Assembly (NCBI GenBank): GCA_040285825.1
Contig: JAUPSS010000001.1
Location: forward strand, 2,852,001-2,916,000
From: Eukaryota sp. TZLM1-RC
Taxonomy: Eukaryota; Protista; Metamonada: BaSk clade
DNA: 64,000 bases
Direction of reading: 5' to 3'
Shown here: positions 59,295-64,000 of the stretch, in pieces
Position numbering within the stretch: the stretch's first letter is position 1
Layout of the letters: the number at the start of each line of letters is the position of its first letter
Made by a program: the position numbers and the translations under genes
Notes under the pieces: generated by a model
What the model was told of the DNA's origin: nothing
The model's input: only the letters and a program-made list of their open reading frames with translations
The model's database searches: none

Positions 59295-60400
59295 GCCTTA
59301 TCTAAAATATTTATTGCCTTATCTTGGAAACAAGGAAATTCTTTACAATATACATTGAAAATTTTGAGAGTAGTCAAAGTTTTTAAAAAATTCCCTATCA
59401 ACACTGATAGATATTGTTTATTTTCCGAAATATGCAAACCCTTTGAAAGAATTGAAACATGTCCACCATGTACATTACCAAATTTGCCCATTTCCTATAC
59501 CCTTGTATGGACGTCTTGCAAAAACTGTCATGAATGTTATTGATGATTTTGAAAAACTTGTAAAAAGAAGAATGAATAAGTGTTTTGATCGTCGTTTGTG
59601 GTTAAATCGTATTGTTTTTACTATTTTCAAAGCAATTCCTAAAATAATTTCGAAAGCTTTGATGTCTACCAGTGCACATTACAAAGACATTGTTGTTGTA
59701 CCGTTTGATGGTGTGGAAGCTTGTTTCGAAGATAATGATTTCTAGTTTGTAGTTTTGGAAAAAAATTAATTAATTAGTCTGAAAAATTATTTATTGAATT
59801 TGCACACTTAATTAAATTAACTCATAACTAAAGGGACGACTATCATTGAACCAAGATTTCCTCTACAAAATCTTGATTTGCTTGCTGTCTAGCTAAAGCT
59901 TCTCTAATTCGATTGAAAAACCGAGGTAATCTATTAATAATGGCAAATTGAATACGTGAACGCCATAAAAAAATATCAAATCTTTTCATTGTTTTTTCTT
60001 GCACCATTTTTTGGAAGCCATCCAAAAAAGTTTCTGCTTCAACTGATAATCTTCCATTTATCGAAAATGGAAAAATGCCTTATCTTGGAAACCAGAAATT
60101 CTTTACAATATAGATTAAAAATTTCGAGAGTAGTCAAAGTTTTCCAAAAAATTCCCTATCAACACTGATAGATATTGTTCATTTTCCGCAATATGCAAAT
60201 CCTTGGAAAGAACTGAAACATGTCCACCATTTGGATTACCAAATTTGCCCATTTGCTATACCTTTGTATGGACGTCCTGAAAAAACTGCCATGAATGTTA
60301 TTGATGATTTTGAAAAACATGTAAAAAGAACAATGAGAAGACATTGCTGTTGTACGGTTTGATGGTGTGGAAGCTTGTTTCGAAGATTTTGATTTCTAGT
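59295..60400. mobile_element. Mosaic of three CRE-like 3' fragments: EDNDF (+, about 59295-59790), VEEILVQ (-, about 59795-60070) and EDFDF (+, about 60075-60400)
   Basis: Direct similarity to 43680-43870 and 54130-54380; 59316-59570 is duplicated at 60077-60330. Confidence 0.8.
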
Positions 60401-60758
60401 TTATCAAAACGAAGATAAGAAACAGAATGAGTCCAAAGTTGTTGGATGACTTGGTCTTCTTATATGCAAACTTAAAACTGAAAAATCATTTAGCCTGTGT
60501 CTTCAGAAGAATTTTTATCCAGGGATAATGAATATCTTATTGCGGTTCCAGACCCTGATGGTGAAGACTCGATTGTACCACTTGAAGACTTTGTAGATCC
60601 TTGTTATTACGAAAACCTTTAGTTTTGTTTCAATATATTTATTTTTATGTTTTTGCACCATAACGTTGTATCAACGATTTTGTCGGATAAACATCTGGAC
60701 ACGTGTTGATCAGCTTTGGACACGTGTTGACACGTGTAAAGGGTAAATCCGAACACTA
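60401..60758 (+). mobile_element. hAT transposon right-end remnant
   Basis: KIRNRMSPKLLDDLVFLYANLKL (hAT dimerisation domain), three gacacgtgt subterminal repeats, and terminus ..ccgaacacta. Confidence 0.7.
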
Positions 60759-60760
60759 AT

Positions 60761-63700
60761 TTTTTTTTCAATTAAATTGAAATTTATTTTCAACGCTAAC
60801 AAAACATTAAACAAAAAACTAGAACTCAATATCCTCAATACACGCATCAACATCATCAAATCTTTTCAGCGCGCGATTTTCATACTCTATTCCTAATTGT
60901 AACAGTGCTTTGGTCAACATTTCTGGAATTGCTTTAAGAATACTAAAAACAATTCTATTGTGCCAGAAATTGAAGTTCAATTCTTTTCCTGCTCTTTCTT
61001 TTATTAAACTTCTGAAACCTTCAAGAAATTTAATGCCAGATATTCCAATGTTACCAAAAAGAGAAACAGCAAATGGAACCAACTGATACTTGACATGCTC
61101 AACACGTCCTAGCTGAGATAAGGGTTCATTGTACTTTTTGATTTTGCTCTTTTCAGCAAAGCAAAGTGGAGTTTCATCTCTTTTAGCAAAATCAATTGCT
61201 GAGTCTTTACAAACATCAACAGTAACAACATCAACAACTTTAATAACACCATCAGACGCAGGGGTAATTAAATCAGCACGGCGTTTCCCAAAAGTATTTT
61301 CATCTTCATTTTCAGATGACAACCTTCGCACAAGTGGTTCAACAAAAGCTTCAATGTGATGACTTCTGCACATAGCGTATAGTTGGTCTCTAACAGCATC
61401 GTGAACAACTGAGCGATATGTAATATTAAATTTGCAATTAAATAAATGATTCAGATTAATGAGCTGACCACAACGACAAATCAAATCATTTGGCACACTA
61501 CATGGCCACAGAAAACACCTCATCCTGAAGACAGTTGTCCATTGATGATCATTTAATAATAGACCATATACATTTGGAATCAGGGAAATAAGACAACTTG
61601 AGCTACTTTCCTTAAGGTCAATTAAAAAGTTTGCAAAAACGGGATTCTTTTCTTTAGCCAAGCTAAGACGAACAGTGAAATCCAAGTTTTCAAAAACTTT
61701 TAATATCTTTTTCTGCAATTTAGCAAATTTCAAGGAAATCAAACTCCTGGGTGGAATTTCTTGAATATCAGCAGGAAAGCATTTGGACCATATGTGAGGA
61801 GAGATGCATTCAATTTCACTCTGCAAGGACACTAAATAGTCACTGACACAACATTCTATTAAATGTTGGTTTTCAGGAAAACGTTTCAAAAATTCAAAAA
61901 CGAAATTTTTGCCTCCACCGATGAATGCGGCTTTACACAAATATTTTGATTTGTGAAAATCCAGGTCTCCCAATTCTGTGCTACAAAAAATATGACTACG
62001 TAAAAAAGAAGAATCAATATCGAGCAAATTAGCCAAAAATTTTGTTCTTAATTCATTAAAAATTCTGCAAAATTCGAGAGAAATAGATGGTGATGTTGAT
62101 CGTAAAATATGAGTAAATTTCCCTGAATAACAAATTCTGAGGAAGAAAAATTTAAGATGTTTTTCAATATTTATATCTGAAAGAACCATCAATTCTTCTT
62201 CAAAATTATCCAAAAGAGAGGAAAGTTGATTTCGAATTTCATCAAAATTGCCTAAATAACAACCTAAAAAACGAAATCCTGATTCAAAATAATTGATAAA
62301 AGGAACATTTTGATCATCAATAATGAGATCAGCAGGCTCTCTACCAATCAATAAACAGTTGGAAATATTTAGAGAAAGACCAATTTGATAATAGCGCTGT
62401 TGAACAATTTCAGCAATTGTTCTCAATGAATCAATTGGACCAATTATTGATATGTCATCCATATAAGCTGTTATATGAACATCTGGAAATTCTTGTCTTA
62501 ATTCACACATTAAAGGATGGATAGCAAGGCAGAAAAAGAAAGGACCTAACGGATCACCTTGTTTGACACCAGATGATGATATTAGATTGAATTCCTCATA
62601 AACAAGAGTCGACTGTGAGCCATAAAAATTGTAAAAGAACGACTCAGCTTCTGGAAAATGAGTTTGAAGCAAGGGCAAGATGGACGACCTCTTCACTGCA
62701 TTAAAAGCGTTTTTAAAATCTAAATTAAAAATATAATTCGAAGTATTTGAATTAAAAAAGACATCAGAAGAAAGTGCTGCAGAAGATGCACCATCAACTG
62801 TTTTAATTCCAAATTGGAAAGGACTAAAAAAATCTTTAGCTTTTTTACCAATCCTGCCAAACACTGCTGAAGCAAGAATACGAGACAAAGATTCACCAAT
62901 TGCAATAGGCCTTATTTTTGATTCATTCTTTTTTAAAGCAATTAACATGAACTTGTCATTTCAGATGGAAGCTTGATTTTTAATGTTAAATTTTTGTTGA
63001 AAAAGAAAACCAAATCATCAATGCATTCAGGACATTGGTTTATCGTGGATTTTAACATGTCAAAAGTGATCATTGATGGACCAGGCGCTTTTCCAGATGG
63101 TGAGTGGTTAATCAATTTAATTAGTTCATCATTAGTTACGGGATTTTGCTCCCAATAACTTACATTATTAGGTTTAGGGCACTCAAAATTTTCAACAGGA
63201 TGGAGACTCTTTAGTTGAGCAATAGTATTTTCATTACATTCTGCAAATTCAGATGAAAACAGGCATTGCTTAGTGGAACCATAGCGTCCCTTTAAAGCTA
63301 ATTTTCGAACAATTTTTTCTTTCTTCATTACTGAAGGACGAAATTTTGATTTCGATGACAATAATTTTTTATCTTTGAGCAAAAAAAATTTCCATAGCGG
63401 TGTTACATCCCATATGCCTTTTTTTAAATTGGTAGTAAATTTTCGAAAACTAATTGAAAAGGGGATGCAAGAAAGAGGACTTACCTGTGATGCAACACGT
63501 ATTGGAGGCCTCAGGGAATCAACAGCTTTACATGATTCGCAAAAACGTAATGGTCGGCCAGAAGAATTAATGCCCAAATTTTTGGTACAAAATATACACT
63601 TATTATTCGAAGAATCAATGGATAAATTTACAGGTAATATTGCTGGTATTTCTTGATCAGCACTATCATCATTTATGGGTAACGAAGAGAGTGATTGTTT

Positions 63701-64000
63701 CAAATCAGCAGATGCAGCACGAGCTTTTAATTGTTCTTGTTTTATTTGGGGACATGTTTTAACGTTATGTCCCGGTTGACGACATTTACCACAACTCTGA
63801 GAATGAACTTTTCCAGTTTTTAATGGTAATGGTTTGATTTTTTCAGATATTTCTATTTTGTCAATTGGTGAGTTACAAGTAGAAATAGATTTTTGACTTT
63901 TTCCAATTTCAGCTGGAGAAAACAAATTTCGAGAAACGGAGTTGTTGAAAGAACGCGCAACAGAATGTAAGGAACGTAATTGTGGTTTTCGTAAACAAAT
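60761..64000 (-). mobile_element. CRE-like non-LTR retrotransposon (EDIEF family), nearly intact single ORF with one frameshift at about 62945; runs off the window end
   Basis: CGKCRQPGHNVKTC knuckle, CxxC..CxxC finger, RT (RPIAIGE, LDFKNAFN, GVKQGDPLGP, AYMDD, RFLG), CCHC, HDAVRD, RLE (RRADL..DV..AEKSKIKKY), short 3' UTR and A-tail. Confidence 0.95.

Noticed and set aside
62930-62960. Programmed frameshift between the 327-aa and 709-aa retroelement ORFs
   Set aside because: Sister copies read through in one frame (EMTSSRLIA near 22130; ELTSARLIALKK near 44990), so this is a 1-nt deletion or an assembly error.

Overview
AT-rich, gene-dense eukaryotic (protist) DNA. The content suggests an anaerobic flagellate, possibly a metamonad, but the species cannot be fixed from sequence alone. 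About 19 host genes sit in tight clusters: WD40 protein, endonuclease III, type I glutamine synthetase, EF-hand/WD40 protein, TTC27, SERF, alpha-tubulin, a Tudor-like protein, a saposin-like protein, PPi-dependent PEP carboxykinase, THADA/Trm732, an RCC1-repeat protein, an orphan, UPF1, TRAPPC2L, MAK16, CSN8, a YccF-like protein and an acid sphingomyelinase-like enzyme. There is one tRNA-Trp(CCA). Islands of decayed mobile DNA separate the clusters: CRE-like RT+RLE non-LTR retrotransposons, three Fanzor (eukaryotic TnpB) families, a MULE nested in a TA-flanked TIR element, and a hAT end. Three signals stand out. (1) Five of six Fanzor remnants, from three families, end co-oriented 9-59 nt upstream of the start codon of an intact host gene. 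Two copies share element sequence up to the ATG itself, in a hairpin with a compensatory change. (2) The tRNA-Trp(CCA) has a 4-bp anticodon stem, although TGA is used as a stop here. (3) Nine 26-32 nt introns all have A at position -7 from the 3' end. All assignments come from motif recognition by eye; no searches were run.
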